64,000 bases of DNA from Nitrososphaerota archaeon (lineage in GTDB: Archaea > Thermoproteota > Nitrososphaeria_A > Caldarchaeales > Calditenuaceae). The stretch lies in contig JBEPYO010000001.1 of assembly GCA_041641295.1 (NCBI GenBank), positions 1,184,001 to 1,248,000 of the forward strand, in the 5' to 3' direction. Position numbers and translations under genes: made by a program. Numbering within the stretch: the stretch's first letter is position 1; the number at the start of each line of letters is the position of its first letter. Shown here one piece after another: positions 1-10,124 of the stretch. A model generated the notes under the pieces. The model did no database searches. It was given only the letters and a program-made list of their open reading frames with translations, and was not told the DNA's origin.

Positions 1-156
1 CAACCCCCGCGCCGTGTCGAGAAAGACCCTGTAGGTCCTGTCACCCTCCGATGCCCTAACCTCCGCCTCAGACTCACTCAGCACACGGACCCTATCACCT
101 GCAACGGCTCCAACAGCCTCAAGGACCTTCACACGCGGTGGAGTCGAAAGCTGCAT
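1..156 (-). CDS. Conserved archaeal hypothetical protein, 5' part only (runs off the window edge)
   Basis: Manual translation from ATG at 156: MQLSTPPRVKVLEAVGAVAGDRVRVLSESEAEVRASEGDRTYRVFLDTARGL, open to the edge. The PPRxKVLEA start resembles a family of uncharacterised archaeal proteins. Confidence 0.6.
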   Translation of the reverse strand, partial: MQLSTPPRVKVLEAVGAVAGDRVRVLSESEAEVRASEGDRTYRVFLDTARGL

Positions 157-223
157 CACAGTCAGTGAAATTAAGTGCCTAAAAAATCTTAGACCATACA
201 CACAGCTAGCCCTATATCGCATT

Positions 224-1300
224 ATGCATAATCTGAAACGCATGCCCGCGGGCGCAGGCATTAGTCCACGCTTCAGCCACAAAGACCTGTTCAACTTCAG
301 CCGCGACTGCCTCCTTAGGACGGGTGTCTCGCGACCTGACGCAGAACTAGTTGCAGACCACCTTGTCTTGGCAAACCTTCGAGGAGTCGACTCTCACGGT
401 GTGATAAGGCTACCATACTACGTGGAGGGGCTGGAGAAGGGATATCTCAACGCGCGGTGTGATGTGAAGATTCTCCGTGAGGGGCCTAGCTGGGCCCTCA
501 TAGACTGTGGCATGGGCCTCGGAATAGTGGGTGCGGTGAAGGCCTCAGATATTGCCCTAGATAAGTCCCTCAACACAGGCGTGGCTATAGTGGGTGCGGT
601 GGGTCTGGGGCATGTTGGGATGCTGGCCTACTACACCTTGAGAATGGCGGAAAAGGGGCTGATCAGCCTGGCTCTGGTCAACGGCGTGGCTGAGATGCCG
701 CCTTGGGGTGGTGTAGGCAAAGTCTTCGGGACCAATCCGATAAGCATGGGGATACCTAGGAGCGGGTCAGCCCCCATCCTCATAGACATGGCAACATCCG
801 CCATAGCCAAGTTCAAGGTCCACCTAGCGGCTGCCCAAGGGCAACAGCTACCCGAGGGCGTTGCGCTTGACAGTGAGGGGAGGCCGACCAGAGACCCTGC
901 AGAGGCCCTTAAGGGATGTCTCCTACCCTTCGGCGGCTACAAGGGATACTCACTCGCACTATTCGTAGAAGTGATGGCCTCCGCACTCATCGGGGGGCCA
1001 AGCAGCGTCGAGGTCAGAAACCATCCATCCCAGCAAGGTGGATTCCTCATAACCGTAATAAACCCCGAGATCTTCGGTGACAAAAGACAGTTCCTATCAC
1101 GCGTCGAGAGCCTAGTGTCCACTATAAAGTCCGTGAGGCGTGCGGGGGGTGTTGAGGAGATAATGCTGCCCGGAGAGCCGGAGGAAAGGGCCATGAAGGA
1201 GAGGTTGGCGAAAGGCATCCCAATAGATCCTGACACTCTCCGGAGGCTGAGGGAGTTAGGAGAGCGGCTAGGCGTCTCTTTCCCAGAGCCTCTAGGCTAG
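224..1300 (+). CDS. Ldh_2 family (malate/L-lactate/sulfolactate dehydrogenase-like) oxidoreductase
   Basis: Motifs ANLRGVDSHGV, GTNPIS, IDMATS, PFGGYKGYSL and LPGEPE. The true start may be ATG 242. Confidence 0.9.
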   Translation: MHNLKRMPAGAGISPRFSHKDLFNFSRDCLLRTGVSRPDAELVADHLVLANLRGVDSHGVIRLPYYVEGLEKGYLNARCDVKILREGPSWALIDCGMGLGIVGAVKASDIALDKSLNTGVAIVGAVGLGHVGMLAYYTLRMAEKGLISLALVNGVAEMPPWGGVGKVFGTNPISMGIPRSGSAPILIDMATSAIAKFKVHLAAAQGQQLPEGVALDSEGRPTRDPAEALKGCLLPFGGYKGYSLALFVEVMASALIGGPSSVEVRNHPSQQGGFLITVINPEIFGDKRQFLSRVESLVSTIKSVRRAGGVEEIMLPGEPEERAMKERLAKGIPIDPDTLRRLRELGERLGVSFPEPLG

Positions 1301-3504
1301 GCCTCCTCGACGAAGTCGGATATCTTCGGCAGCTGGAGTGGCATTCCCTTCCTCTTCCTAATCTCCATGATCACCTTCTCTTTAATCGACTCGGGCACCG
1401 GCTTCCATGCATGGAACTCCGTGCCCCAGAACGCTTTACCCATTGTCGCGCCCCTCATGAGCTCGGCTAGGTCAGACGCCTCAGCCGCAGGAATCTCGCC
1501 TGACACCACAGAGATGTACTCCGACTGGGTCACGTCAATAATCCTACCCCTCTTCGAGCTTAGTATGGACGTTACTGCTCCGATGAAGTCGGGTGGGACC
1601 TTCACCTCGATCTTCAGTATCGGCTCCAGAAGCACAGGGTCGGCGGTGAGTATGCTCGCGTAGATGGCGCGCCAAGTGGCTGGCGCGATCTGCGCATAAC
1701 CTCTGTGGACTGGGTCCTCGTGAAGGTCTACATTAACCAGCACAGCCTTAAGCCCTCTCATCCTCTCGCCTGCGAGCGGTCCTTCCTGAATAACCCTCTG
1801 GAACCCGCCAATAATCATCATCTTACTCTCATGCAGGTATTGGGCACCCTTCGTCATGTCAACCAGAATGTTGCCGCCCGAGTCTATCATCCATACGTTC
1901 CTAGCCTCGTCGGCGTCCCAGCCATGGTCCCTGAGAATCTTCGCAACCTGCTTCCTATCCATCTCATCGAATAGCTCGCCGCGCCTAATCAGGTCAACGA
2001 TCGCGTCATCAAGCTTCTCTACGTAGAAGTATATCTTGTTGTGGCGGTTGGGTGACTTGCCTTCAAAGACCTTCCCCCTCTGGTTCACAGACTCCCTGTA
2101 AAGGATTATTGGGTTGCCTGCCACAATCTCTAGCCCCGCCTTCTGAATCCAAGTTAGGGCGATTTCCAAGTGCAAGGTGCCCATCCCGCTGATCAGATAC
2201 TCTCCAGTCTCAGGCCTAACCACCGTCACCAGCGTCGGATCCTCGATCGTCAGCTTGTTCAGGAAGTCGATTAGCTTCGGAAGGTCCTTGCTGTGCTTAG
2301 GCTCTATCGCCACAGTAACTACAGGCTCGGAGACATATCTCAGCGTCTCGAATGGCACCATCTCTACACCCGCCAGAGTGTCGCCGGCCCTCGCATCCTC
2401 TATACCTAGGAGCGCCGGAATGTTCCCGGCAGGGAGGGTGTTGACAATCTCCCTGTTGGGGCCCATGTATACCGCGACCTGCTGTACCCTCGCCTCAATA
2501 TTCCTACCCACAATCAGGAGTGAGTCCCCGTCAGACACGGTTCCGCTGAACAGCCTCCCCGTAACGACGACACCCGCCGCCGGGTCTACCTTGACGTCCG
2601 TAACAGCCATAACAGGTATCCCCTTCTCGTTGCACTCTATCATGTCTTGGCCGACCTCCGAGTCTATTGGCCCTTTCCATATCTTGGGTATCCTGTACTT
2701 CTGGGCCTTGTGGGGTGGTGGGTGGTGGTTGATTACCATCTCGAGTATTGCTTCGTGGAGTGGGAAGTTCTCGCGCAGCCAGTCTATGTTGGAGTCTGCG
2801 AATGCCTTTAACACATCGCTGAACTTGATCCCCTTCTTCTGGGCCTGCTGGACTGTGAATCCCCACCTGTCCTTGGCTGACCCTAGTGCGATGCTTCCAT
2901 TCTGGAAGCTTACCTTCCACTCCTCCCGCATCCAAGGCTCGCCATACATGTCTATGAGTCGGTTAACCTCTGTTGCAATCCGCGCAAGCGTCTCCTGTAT
3001 CTTCTCAGGAGTCAGCTTAAGCTCCTTTATCAGCCTGTCAACCTTGTTTATGTAGAGGACTGGCTTGACCCGCTCAGAGAGGGCCTGCCTGATAACGGTC
3101 TCCGTCTGAGTCATCACGCCCTCCACAGCGTCAACAACAACCACGGCGCCGTCAATAGCCCTAAGCGCCCTAGTAACCCTGCCGCTAAAGTCGACGTGTC
3201 CCGGCGTATCAATCATGTTTATGATGTATGGCTTGTCGAGCTCGTAGTAGAGGCTGACGTTCGCAGCCTTTATCGTCATCTGCCTCTGCTGCTCTTCTTC
3301 GAGGTAGTCTAGTGCGAGCGCCCTCCCCGCGAGCGAGGGGCTGAGAAGCCCGGCGGCAGCCAGGAGGCTGTCTGTAGTAGTTGTCTTGCCATGGTCAACG
3401 TGGGCTATAATGCCGATATTCCTGATGCTATCCTTCTGGCGTAGAATCTCCAGTACCTCACTGATCTTCTTGACTCTACCCAACTTCAGCCACGAAATAG
3501 TCAT
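1297..3504 (-). CDS. fusA: Translation elongation factor 2 (aEF-2)
   Basis: GTPase motifs AHVDHGKTT, DTPGHVDF and NKVD; diphthamide loop HEDPVHRG; 735 aa. The true start is probably TTG 3483. Confidence 0.98.
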   Translation of the reverse strand: MTISWLKLGRVKKISEVLEILRQKDSIRNIGIIAHVDHGKTTTTDSLLAAAGLLSPSLAGRALALDYLEEEQQRQMTIKAANVSLYYELDKPYIINMIDTPGHVDFSGRVTRALRAIDGAVVVVDAVEGVMTQTETVIRQALSERVKPVLYINKVDRLIKELKLTPEKIQETLARIATEVNRLIDMYGEPWMREEWKVSFQNGSIALGSAKDRWGFTVQQAQKKGIKFSDVLKAFADSNIDWLRENFPLHEAILEMVINHHPPPHKAQKYRIPKIWKGPIDSEVGQDMIECNEKGIPVMAVTDVKVDPAAGVVVTGRLFSGTVSDGDSLLIVGRNIEARVQQVAVYMGPNREIVNTLPAGNIPALLGIEDARAGDTLAGVEMVPFETLRYVSEPVVTVAIEPKHSKDLPKLIDFLNKLTIEDPTLVTVVRPETGEYLISGMGTLHLEIALTWIQKAGLEIVAGNPIILYRESVNQRGKVFEGKSPNRHNKIYFYVEKLDDAIVDLIRRGELFDEMDRKQVAKILRDHGWDADEARNVWMIDSGGNILVDMTKGAQYLHESKMMIIGGFQRVIQEGPLAGERMRGLKAVLVNVDLHEDPVHRGYAQIAPATWRAIYASILTADPVLLEPILKIEVKVPPDFIGAVTSILSSKRGRIIDVTQSEYISVVSGEIPAAEASDLAELMRGATMGKAFWGTEFHAWKPVPESIKEKVIMEIRKRKGMPLQLPKISDFVEEA

Positions 3505-3588
3505 TCGGCGTATTTAAGGTAAAGTCCTGGTGCGCAGACTGTGCCATGGGAATAGTATTATACCGGAGTCCGCAGAGTAGATTTTGAC

Positions 3589-4086
3589 TTGACGACGGAC
3601 ATCAGTGTCCGGATGGCTGAGGAGAGGGATAAGGAGCAGATAATAGACTTGATGGTGAGGGCTAAGAGGCTGAACGAGGAGTTTGACCCGCTTCTTAAGC
3701 TGTCCAGCAGGCTTCAGGAGGTGGTTACAAGATATGTGGAGGAGTCTCTCACCTCGCCAACTTCACTCCTCGTGGTGGCGGAGCATGGGGGCAGGCTGGT
3801 GGGAGTCCTAAAAGCTGAGATCGTCAACAGGATCTTCTACGACCCGCCACTGGAGGGTCTCATAAGGGAGCTGTATATATTGCCAGAGTATAGGAGGAAG
3901 GGTGTTGGAAAGATGCTGGTGACTGAGGCGTTTAAAATTCTCCAAGAGCGTGGCGCCGGCCTATTAACGGCTGAGTTCCCCTCCCTACACAAGATCGCTG
4001 TAGAGTTCTATGAGAAGATGGGGTTCAGACCCATCTTCAGCAAATACACGATCGAGATTGACAGGAGTAGGACGACGCTAGAGTAG
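3589..4086 (+). CDS. GNAT family N-acetyltransferase
   Basis: Acetyl-CoA motif A LYILPEYRRKGVGKML and C-terminal AVEFYEKMGF. Confidence 0.9.
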   Translation: MTTDISVRMAEERDKEQIIDLMVRAKRLNEEFDPLLKLSSRLQEVVTRYVEESLTSPTSLLVVAEHGGRLVGVLKAEIVNRIFYDPPLEGLIRELYILPEYRRKGVGKMLVTEAFKILQERGAGLLTAEFPSLHKIAVEFYEKMGFRPIFSKYTIEIDRSRTTLE

Positions 4087-4091
4087 CCCGG

Positions 4092-5060
4092 GTGCAACGG
4101 TGGTTTGTATTGAGTGCTATAGCATGCGAGGATCTGAAGAAATATTATAGGGTCAAGGTTAGGAGGAGTTTTTTCAACAGAATAGACTCTGTCATAAAGG
4201 CGCTCGACGGTGTTAGCCTCGAGGTAGAGAAGGGAGTTGTTTTCAGTCTGGTGGGGCCTAACGGTGCTGGCAAGACGACTATGGTGAAGATCCTGTCGAC
4301 ACTCCTCTTACCTGATGCGGGGTGGGCGCAGGTCGGCGGCTATGACGTGGTCAGGCAGGCGGGCCGGGTTAGAAGGATTATCGGGCTTGTATTGGCGCCT
4401 GACAAGGGTTTCTACGCGAGGCTAACGGGGCTGGAGAACCTCGTCTACTACGGTAGGCTCTACGGTCTCTCGAAGGGGGAGGCGACTAGGAAGGCCAAGG
4501 AGCTTTTGGAGCTCACCGGGCTTGGGGAGGATGGGATGCGGCTATTCGAGGAATATAGCTTGGGTATGCGCGCCAAGCTCAGCATTGCCAAGGCCCTGAT
4601 CAACGACCCTGAGATAGTATTCCTCGACGAGCCCACAATAGGGCTGGACCCACTCTCAGCCAGAAGGATTAGGAATCTAATCAAAGACCTAGCAGCCAAG
4701 GGAATGACAATTTTCATGACAAGCCACAACATGTGGGAGGTTGAGAACCTCAGCAACACCGTAGCTGTCTTAAAGAGTGGGAAAGTCGTGGCTAAAGGCT
4801 CACCCTCCGAATTGAAGGAGAGGCTAAAACTAACCTATAGAGTCGAAGTCGAGGTAATATCTGAGAAGACTCCCGACACAAGTCTGCCAGTAATAACGGG
4901 TGAGAGGGGATACCCCGTAGTTACAGTGACGACGGATAAGCCGAGTGAGGACCTAGTCAAGGTCATCGACGAGATGAGGAGTAAGGGATATTCGATAGGG
5001 ATGGTCCGGGTGCAGGAGCCCAGCCTAGAAGAAGTGCTCACACAGGTTTTATCGAGTTGA
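4092..5060 (+). CDS. ABC-2 type exporter ATP-binding protein
   Basis: Walker A GPNGAGKTT, signature YSLGM, Walker B FLDEPT, H-loop TSH. The start may be TTG 4110. Confidence 0.93.
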   Translation: MQRWFVLSAIACEDLKKYYRVKVRRSFFNRIDSVIKALDGVSLEVEKGVVFSLVGPNGAGKTTMVKILSTLLLPDAGWAQVGGYDVVRQAGRVRRIIGLVLAPDKGFYARLTGLENLVYYGRLYGLSKGEATRKAKELLELTGLGEDGMRLFEEYSLGMRAKLSIAKALINDPEIVFLDEPTIGLDPLSARRIRNLIKDLAAKGMTIFMTSHNMWEVENLSNTVAVLKSGKVVAKGSPSELKERLKLTYRVEVEVISEKTPDTSLPVITGERGYPVVTVTTDKPSEDLVKVIDEMRSKGYSIGMVRVQEPSLEEVLTQVLSS

Positions 5061-5833
5061 GGGCCCTAAACCAGCTCGCAGGAATAGTGGAGGCGGAGCT
5101 TAGAGCCCTCGCCAGAGAGGCTGGAGTCTTCATATTCGTGGTGTTCTTCCCCTTCATGTTTTCACTCCTGACTTATGGGGCGGGCCAAGCCCTAACAGGT
5201 GGTGAAGCGTCTCCAACTCAGTGGTTCTACCAGTTGATAGGCTTCACAATCATGATGATAGCGCTTACGATGAGTAGCTCTTCTGCGTGGTACTTTAGGA
5301 GGGGGATGATGACTGGCAGGCTAGAATACATTTTCGCGGCGCCTGTAAGCCCGCTAACAGCTGTGCTCTCCTCAGCCCTCACAAGCGTCATCTTTAACAT
5401 AGCCTCCTTCATAGTCGTAGCCGCAATAGGCGTCATAGCGGTCTATGGACCATACTATCTCGTCAACGTCATAGGCGTCATCCTATTCCTCGCTTTAGCC
5501 CTTCTACCCGTCATAGGCTTCAACCTCCTAGTCGGCATATTGACTATATTCTTCCGAGAACCCGAGCCTGTTACCAACCTGATTAACGCTGTAGTCTCGT
5601 CTGTCTCCGGATTTACATACCCCATAATCCTACTACCCAACTTTCTCCAAATCCTCGGACAAGTCATGCCCTACTCCCACATAGTTAACGGGGCTAGGGA
5701 TATTCTCGCAGGCTCATTCAAATATGTCCAACTTTCTCCTCATCTTTTCCTGCTAGGCTATCTAATCATCGGCCTGATAGTGTTCAGGGTGGGCGAGATC
5801 ACCTATGTCAGGAAGAGCGGCGTTCATTGGTAG
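5057..5833 (+). CDS. ABC-2 type transporter permease
   Basis: About six hydrophobic segments, GRLEYIFAAPVS and SGFTYP motifs; 4-bp overlap with the ATPase. Confidence 0.88.
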   Translation: MRALNQLAGIVEAELRALAREAGVFIFVVFFPFMFSLLTYGAGQALTGGEASPTQWFYQLIGFTIMMIALTMSSSSAWYFRRGMMTGRLEYIFAAPVSPLTAVLSSALTSVIFNIASFIVVAAIGVIAVYGPYYLVNVIGVILFLALALLPVIGFNLLVGILTIFFREPEPVTNLINAVVSSVSGFTYPIILLPNFLQILGQVMPYSHIVNGARDILAGSFKYVQLSPHLFLLGYLIIGLIVFRVGEITYVRKSGVHW

Positions 5834-6605
5834 AGTAGCCGCAGAGCTGGAGAAAGGCCTCATAATCTACTCTAGGTACAGGATTTGGCTTTTATCAGAC
5901 CTCATCTCGTGGCCCTTCTGGACAATATTCTTCTTCCTCTCATTCCTGATGTACTCGCCCTCCCTCCTCAGCTCGCAATATCATTTAAACGCATTCACTT
6001 GGAGCTTCTTCACCTTCATACTCGTGTCATCCTTTATGTGGGCTTCGAATTTCCTCGCCACCTCAGCGCAGGAGGGAATACTAGAGTATGTAATAATGAC
6101 GGGGAGCAGTATTAGGGAGCACATGTTGGGGCGTTCTGTTGTCTCTTTCATAGACCTAGCAGTTGGCGGGCCGGTCCTACTGCTTATATCAGCTGCTGGT
6201 TTCGGGACAAAAATCTCCGTAGCCTATCCACACCTGATGCTCGTTTCACTAGTCCTAGCATCAGCCTTCTTCTACTTCTTCTCATCGATGCTGGCCGCTC
6301 TACTAGTCTCCCTCAGGTCGCCTTGGATAATCATCAATGTGGCCCAGTTTATCATACCTTTCACAAGCGGGGCAATACCGGTCGAGGTACTGCCTCCCGA
6401 GATCCGCAGTACAATTACATACTCTCCATTCTTCTATGTAATCCACCCGATAGTAGCCTCGGCGACGGGCCAATACTTCATGCCTCCGGTGCTAGTTTTC
6501 ATGGTTGGCGGAATACTCTGTCTCGCCATCTACCTCGCAAGTAGGGTGCTCGAGGACGCGCTGCTGAGAAGGGCTTTGAGGCACGGTAAATTCACCCTCT
6601 TCTAG
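5805..6605 (+). CDS. ABC-2 type transporter permease (second subunit)
   Basis: Hydrophobic, with EGILEY and SGAIPVEVLP motifs; overlaps the previous permease. Confidence 0.85.
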   Translation: MSGRAAFIGRVAAELEKGLIIYSRYRIWLLSDLISWPFWTIFFFLSFLMYSPSLLSSQYHLNAFTWSFFTFILVSSFMWASNFLATSAQEGILEYVIMTGSSIREHMLGRSVVSFIDLAVGGPVLLLISAAGFGTKISVAYPHLMLVSLVLASAFFYFFSSMLAALLVSLRSPWIIINVAQFIIPFTSGAIPVEVLPPEIRSTITYSPFFYVIHPIVASATGQYFMPPVLVFMVGGILCLAIYLASRVLEDALLRRALRHGKFTLF

Positions 6606-7478
6606 CTACATTTTCCGGAGTGCTACGTTGGCAAGGTATATTCCTAGAAATGTTGCCGCGGATGTGAATATGATGAGGATTGATAGGTGCCAGAGCATTG
6701 TCTGGCTGTTGAATGGTGTTCCCAGTAGGAGGACCTCTCTCAGGACCTCTATCCCGTGTGTAAGAGGATTAATGGCAGCAATTGTCCTCAGCCACTCCGG
6801 CATAAGAGCTACAGGGTAGAGTGCGCTACTAGTGAACATGAGGGGGAGGTTGAGGAGGTTGCTTACGGCTATGTGGTGCTCCCACGACTTCAGCCTAATC
6901 GTTACTGAAATTATGAGCGAGGAGAGTGAAGCGCCCAGCAGTGCTAAGGATAGAACAGCGATGAGAAACTCAACTGGGCCTGAGACCCTCAATCTCATCC
7001 CTAGTGCGAGCCCTATGAGCATGACTAGGAGAGACTGGGTAACGCCGCGGATGATGGCTGATATTACCTTCCCGAGGATTATAGAGCTCCTGCTTATGGG
7101 TGCCACGAGTAGTTTGTTTAGGATGCCCAGTCTTCTATCCCATGCAACTGACATGCCGCTCGACATTGACGTGAAGAGTAGGATAACACCCATCATCCCC
7201 ACCGCAATGTAGGAGAAGAAATCAATATCACTGGCTCCGAAAAATCTGGATAAGATCTCATTCGCGATTGCGGCGAATCTAGCCGTAGACTCGGGTGGGA
7301 GCTGTTTGAGAATATCCTCCGGTATTCTGAACAGACCTGTAAGGTTGAACGCCTTCCCATAGAGGCTCATCCATAGGAGGGGCTGGATAGTCGTCATGAA
7401 TAGGAGTATAGGGGAGCGGTACCACTTCTTCACTTCGCGCGATGCTATGGCGCCTATCTCAGAAGCCCTACCTATCAT
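6606..7478 (-). CDS. ABC-2 type (DrrB-like) permease
   Basis: DRRLGILNKLLVAPISR and FTSSALYP...INPLTH motifs. Confidence 0.92.
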   Translation of the reverse strand: MIGRASEIGAIASREVKKWYRSPILLFMTTIQPLLWMSLYGKAFNLTGLFRIPEDILKQLPPESTARFAAIANEILSRFFGASDIDFFSYIAVGMMGVILLFTSMSSGMSVAWDRRLGILNKLLVAPISRSSIILGKVISAIIRGVTQSLLVMLIGLALGMRLRVSGPVEFLIAVLSLALLGASLSSLIISVTIRLKSWEHHIAVSNLLNLPLMFTSSALYPVALMPEWLRTIAAINPLTHGIEVLREVLLLGTPFNSQTMLWHLSILIIFTSAATFLGIYLANVALRKM

Positions 7479-8470
7479 GACCTCGCCCTCCTTATCGCGA
7501 TACTCCGCCTAGCAATCTCCTCCCTGGCCCCGTTCTCGTCTCTCAGCTTTCTGCCGGTGAGGCTCAAGAAGACCTCCTCGAGGCTCGGCTTCTTCATCTC
7601 AACACGCCTAACACTCACTCCATCCCGTATGAGTATCGATATCACGGAAGGCAGAACCTCCTCCCCCCTCACAACCTTTACCAATGCCCGCTCACCGTCC
7701 AAAACCACATCGATAACGCCGGGTAGTGTCCTCAACTTCTCCGAGGTGAGCCCGTTTATCTCCGAGACTTCGAGCTCTATCAGGTCTCCCCCTATTGTGG
7801 ATTTTAGGCGGCTGGGCGTGTCTATCGCCTTGACTCGGCCATAGTCTATTATGGCGACCCTGTTGCAGAGGTTGTCCGCCTCGTCCATGTAGTGTGTGGT
7901 CATGAATATTGTTACGCCCTTCTCTCTGACTAGACTTCTTATGTAGTTCCATATCGCTGCTCGGGTTTGCACGTCAAGCCCCAGTGTGGGCTCGTCGAGG
8001 AAGAGTACCTTTGGCTCATGTATAAGTGCGCACCCTATCTCGAGCCTCTTCTTCATTCCGCCCGAGTATGACTCAACCTTCTTGTTGGCGAACCTCTCCA
8101 GCTCCAAGAACTCAAGAATCTCCTTCACCCTTACCCTAGCCTCCTCCTTGGGCACGTGATAGAGTGCTGCATGAAGCATCATGTTTTCATAGCCTGTCAA
8201 CTCGTCGTCCACGGTCAATTCCTGAGGGGCCAGCCCGATGACCTCTCTGACCCTTTCAGGCTCATCGACTATGTCGTAACCCCACACCCTAGCGCTTCCT
8301 GCCGTGGGTTTTAGGAGCGTGGTCAGCATGTTTATTGTTGTTGTTTTGCCTGCCCCATTCGGTCCTAGGAATCCGAAGATCTCGCCCTTCTCTACAGCGA
8401 ATGATATGTTGTCGACCGCTACGATTTCTCCGAAAACCTTTCTTAAACCATGTGCCTCAATAGCATTCAC
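7475..8470 (-). CDS. DrrA-like ABC exporter ATP-binding protein
   Basis: GPNGAGKTT, YSGGM, FLDEPT, TTHYMDEA and C-terminal SLEEVFLSLTG. Confidence 0.95.
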   Translation of the reverse strand: MNAIEAHGLRKVFGEIVAVDNISFAVEKGEIFGFLGPNGAGKTTTINMLTTLLKPTAGSARVWGYDIVDEPERVREVIGLAPQELTVDDELTGYENMMLHAALYHVPKEEARVRVKEILEFLELERFANKKVESYSGGMKKRLEIGCALIHEPKVLFLDEPTLGLDVQTRAAIWNYIRSLVREKGVTIFMTTHYMDEADNLCNRVAIIDYGRVKAIDTPSRLKSTIGGDLIELEVSEINGLTSEKLRTLPGVIDVVLDGERALVKVVRGEEVLPSVISILIRDGVSVRRVEMKKPSLEEVFLSLTGRKLRDENGAREEIARRSIAIRRARS

Positions 8471-8961
8471 TTAGAGCCGCCCTCCCCTAGGCTCAATATC
8501 TTTCTTCTCGCCTCGTCGAGTATCTTTGAGACCTCGCCCAACCTCTCTGTGGGGTATTTAATGTACGCGTTCAATACTGCGAGCCCAAGCCTACGGGCCG
8601 AGTCCAAGAGCTCAAGGCCCTCGATAGAAGTGGCTCTCTTACACTTTTCGTAGAAGGCTGTTAGCTGTTCTTCTCTATCGCTGAGGAACCTTAGCCCATC
8701 CTCTGTTATCCTGTATCGCTTCTTCCCATCCTCAAGTGTCTCTGACTGGATGAGGCCTTCATCCTCCAACCACTGGAGTGTGGGATATACTGCCCCCGGG
8801 CTTGGGGTGTACCAGCCCCCGAACATGTCCCGGATGCTCCTTATGACCTCGTAGCCCCGCTTGGGCCCATCTTTAAGCGCCTCCAGAACCAATAGCCTCA
8901 TATCGCCCCGCCCCATCCATCTAAGCCCCATAAGGAGCGGCAGCTTCCCGACTCCCTTCAT
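8467..8961 (-). CDS. PadR family transcriptional regulator
   Basis: GYEVI...PSPGAVYPTLQWLEDEGLI...KKRYRITEDG; first gene of the exporter operon. Confidence 0.93.
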   Translation of the reverse strand: MKGVGKLPLLMGLRWMGRGDMRLLVLEALKDGPKRGYEVIRSIRDMFGGWYTPSPGAVYPTLQWLEDEGLIQSETLEDGKKRYRITEDGLRFLSDREEQLTAFYEKCKRATSIEGLELLDSARRLGLAVLNAYIKYPTERLGEVSKILDEARRKILSLGEGGSK

Positions 8962-8962
8962 A

Positions 8963-8997
8963 TCTCGATATATCGTGAGCTTATGCGATATATATGC
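8963..8997. promoter_or_regulatory. Putative PadR operator (palindrome TCTCGATATATCGTGA plus a second CGATATAT copy)
   Basis: Perfect palindrome CGATATATCG at 8966-8975, just upstream of the padR ATG. A degenerate copy at 8985-8997 overlaps the TATA-like element. Confidence 0.6.
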
Positions 8998-9008
8998 CTA
9001 ATACAATC

Positions 9009-10070
9009 CTATCTGCTTAAGCCAATTCCATGACAGACTATCTGCACCCCCTTTGCCCCCTCACTTACCTCAAACCTCGCGCCCGTGAGGCTCCCCACAA
9101 CCTCCACGCCCGTAAAGGTGTGGCTTGTCATGGAGCTCGTCCTGATCCTAGACTCCCCGTCTGCGAGGGCCATCCAGATGATGAGCTGGTCTGCCAAGTG
9201 CTTGTCGATGGGGGCGCCTGTGGAGAGCTGGGAAAGGGCGTCATCAACCGCCCGTCTGGCCACCTCCTCTGCGGGGACACCCTTCTCGCCGAGAGAGTCG
9301 AAACCCATCGTGAGGCCGTTGGAGAGCCGCGCAAGTATGAAGACTCCTGTGCCCGGGTCTACGGCGTTTCTCGGATCATCCGGCCCCAAGGACTCGGTCC
9401 TCACCACTATGTCTTTGTATCCAGCCTTCCTGAGCAGGGACTCGGCCGTCCCAGCCATGCGCTTGACAATATGGTCTGGGAGATTACAGCTATAGGCAAA
9501 AACCTCCAACACCTCCAACTCCGCCTCCACAGCCTCGATGGGTCTCAGCCTATCGACAGGCTGGGTCTCAACCCTCACCACCCCCTGCCCCCTCGGATAA
9601 AACCCCCTCCTCACCAGCGAGACCTCAGCGCTAACACCCATTCTCCTCAACGCCGGTAATAGTACCTCGCGGATATAGTCGATGGGTGGTGCTAGGGGGT
9701 TGTTGGTCCCGCCCCGGAGCTCAACCTCGCATGGGCCTTCTGCGAAGCATAGAACAGGCAGGAGCGATTGGAGGACTAGGGACACACTTCCAGCGGTACC
9801 CGTGTCGAAGAAGTATCTCCCTCCGCGGGGTTTTGAAGGCTTAAAGACTATACTGGAGGAGCCAACCTTCAGCCCCTCCACAGACCCCCCACAGACAACA
9901 GCAACGGACCTGATCGCTGTTATGTGCTGTGGTCTCAGTCCCGGCGGCTGGCGCTTCGCCCGGATATTGTATATCCTCAGCTCCTCCCCTAGTAGGGCGC
10001 AAGTGGAGACAGCGTATCTTAGGACTTGGCCACCACCCTCACCTATACTGCCGTCAACAACCTTAACCAT
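9009..10070 (-). CDS. rtcA: RNA 3'-terminal phosphate cyclase
   Basis: DGSIGEGGGQVLR, RAKRQPPGLRPQH, RRGFYPRG and DKHLADQL (catalytic His). Confidence 0.96.
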   Translation of the reverse strand: MVKVVDGSIGEGGGQVLRYAVSTCALLGEELRIYNIRAKRQPPGLRPQHITAIRSVAVVCGGSVEGLKVGSSSIVFKPSKPRGGRYFFDTGTAGSVSLVLQSLLPVLCFAEGPCEVELRGGTNNPLAPPIDYIREVLLPALRRMGVSAEVSLVRRGFYPRGQGVVRVETQPVDRLRPIEAVEAELEVLEVFAYSCNLPDHIVKRMAGTAESLLRKAGYKDIVVRTESLGPDDPRNAVDPGTGVFILARLSNGLTMGFDSLGEKGVPAEEVARRAVDDALSQLSTGAPIDKHLADQLIIWMALADGESRIRTSSMTSHTFTGVEVVGSLTGARFEVSEGAKGVQIVCHGIGLSR

Positions 10071-10124
10071 ACGCTCCTAGCCCGTCTCACAAAGCTCTAC
10101 CTGAAGCTATAAACTGTAGAGGGT

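Noticed and set aside
2177-3055. 292-aa plus-strand ORF
   Set aside because: Antisense shadow of EF-2, with Ser/Pro/Thr-rich composition and no motifs.
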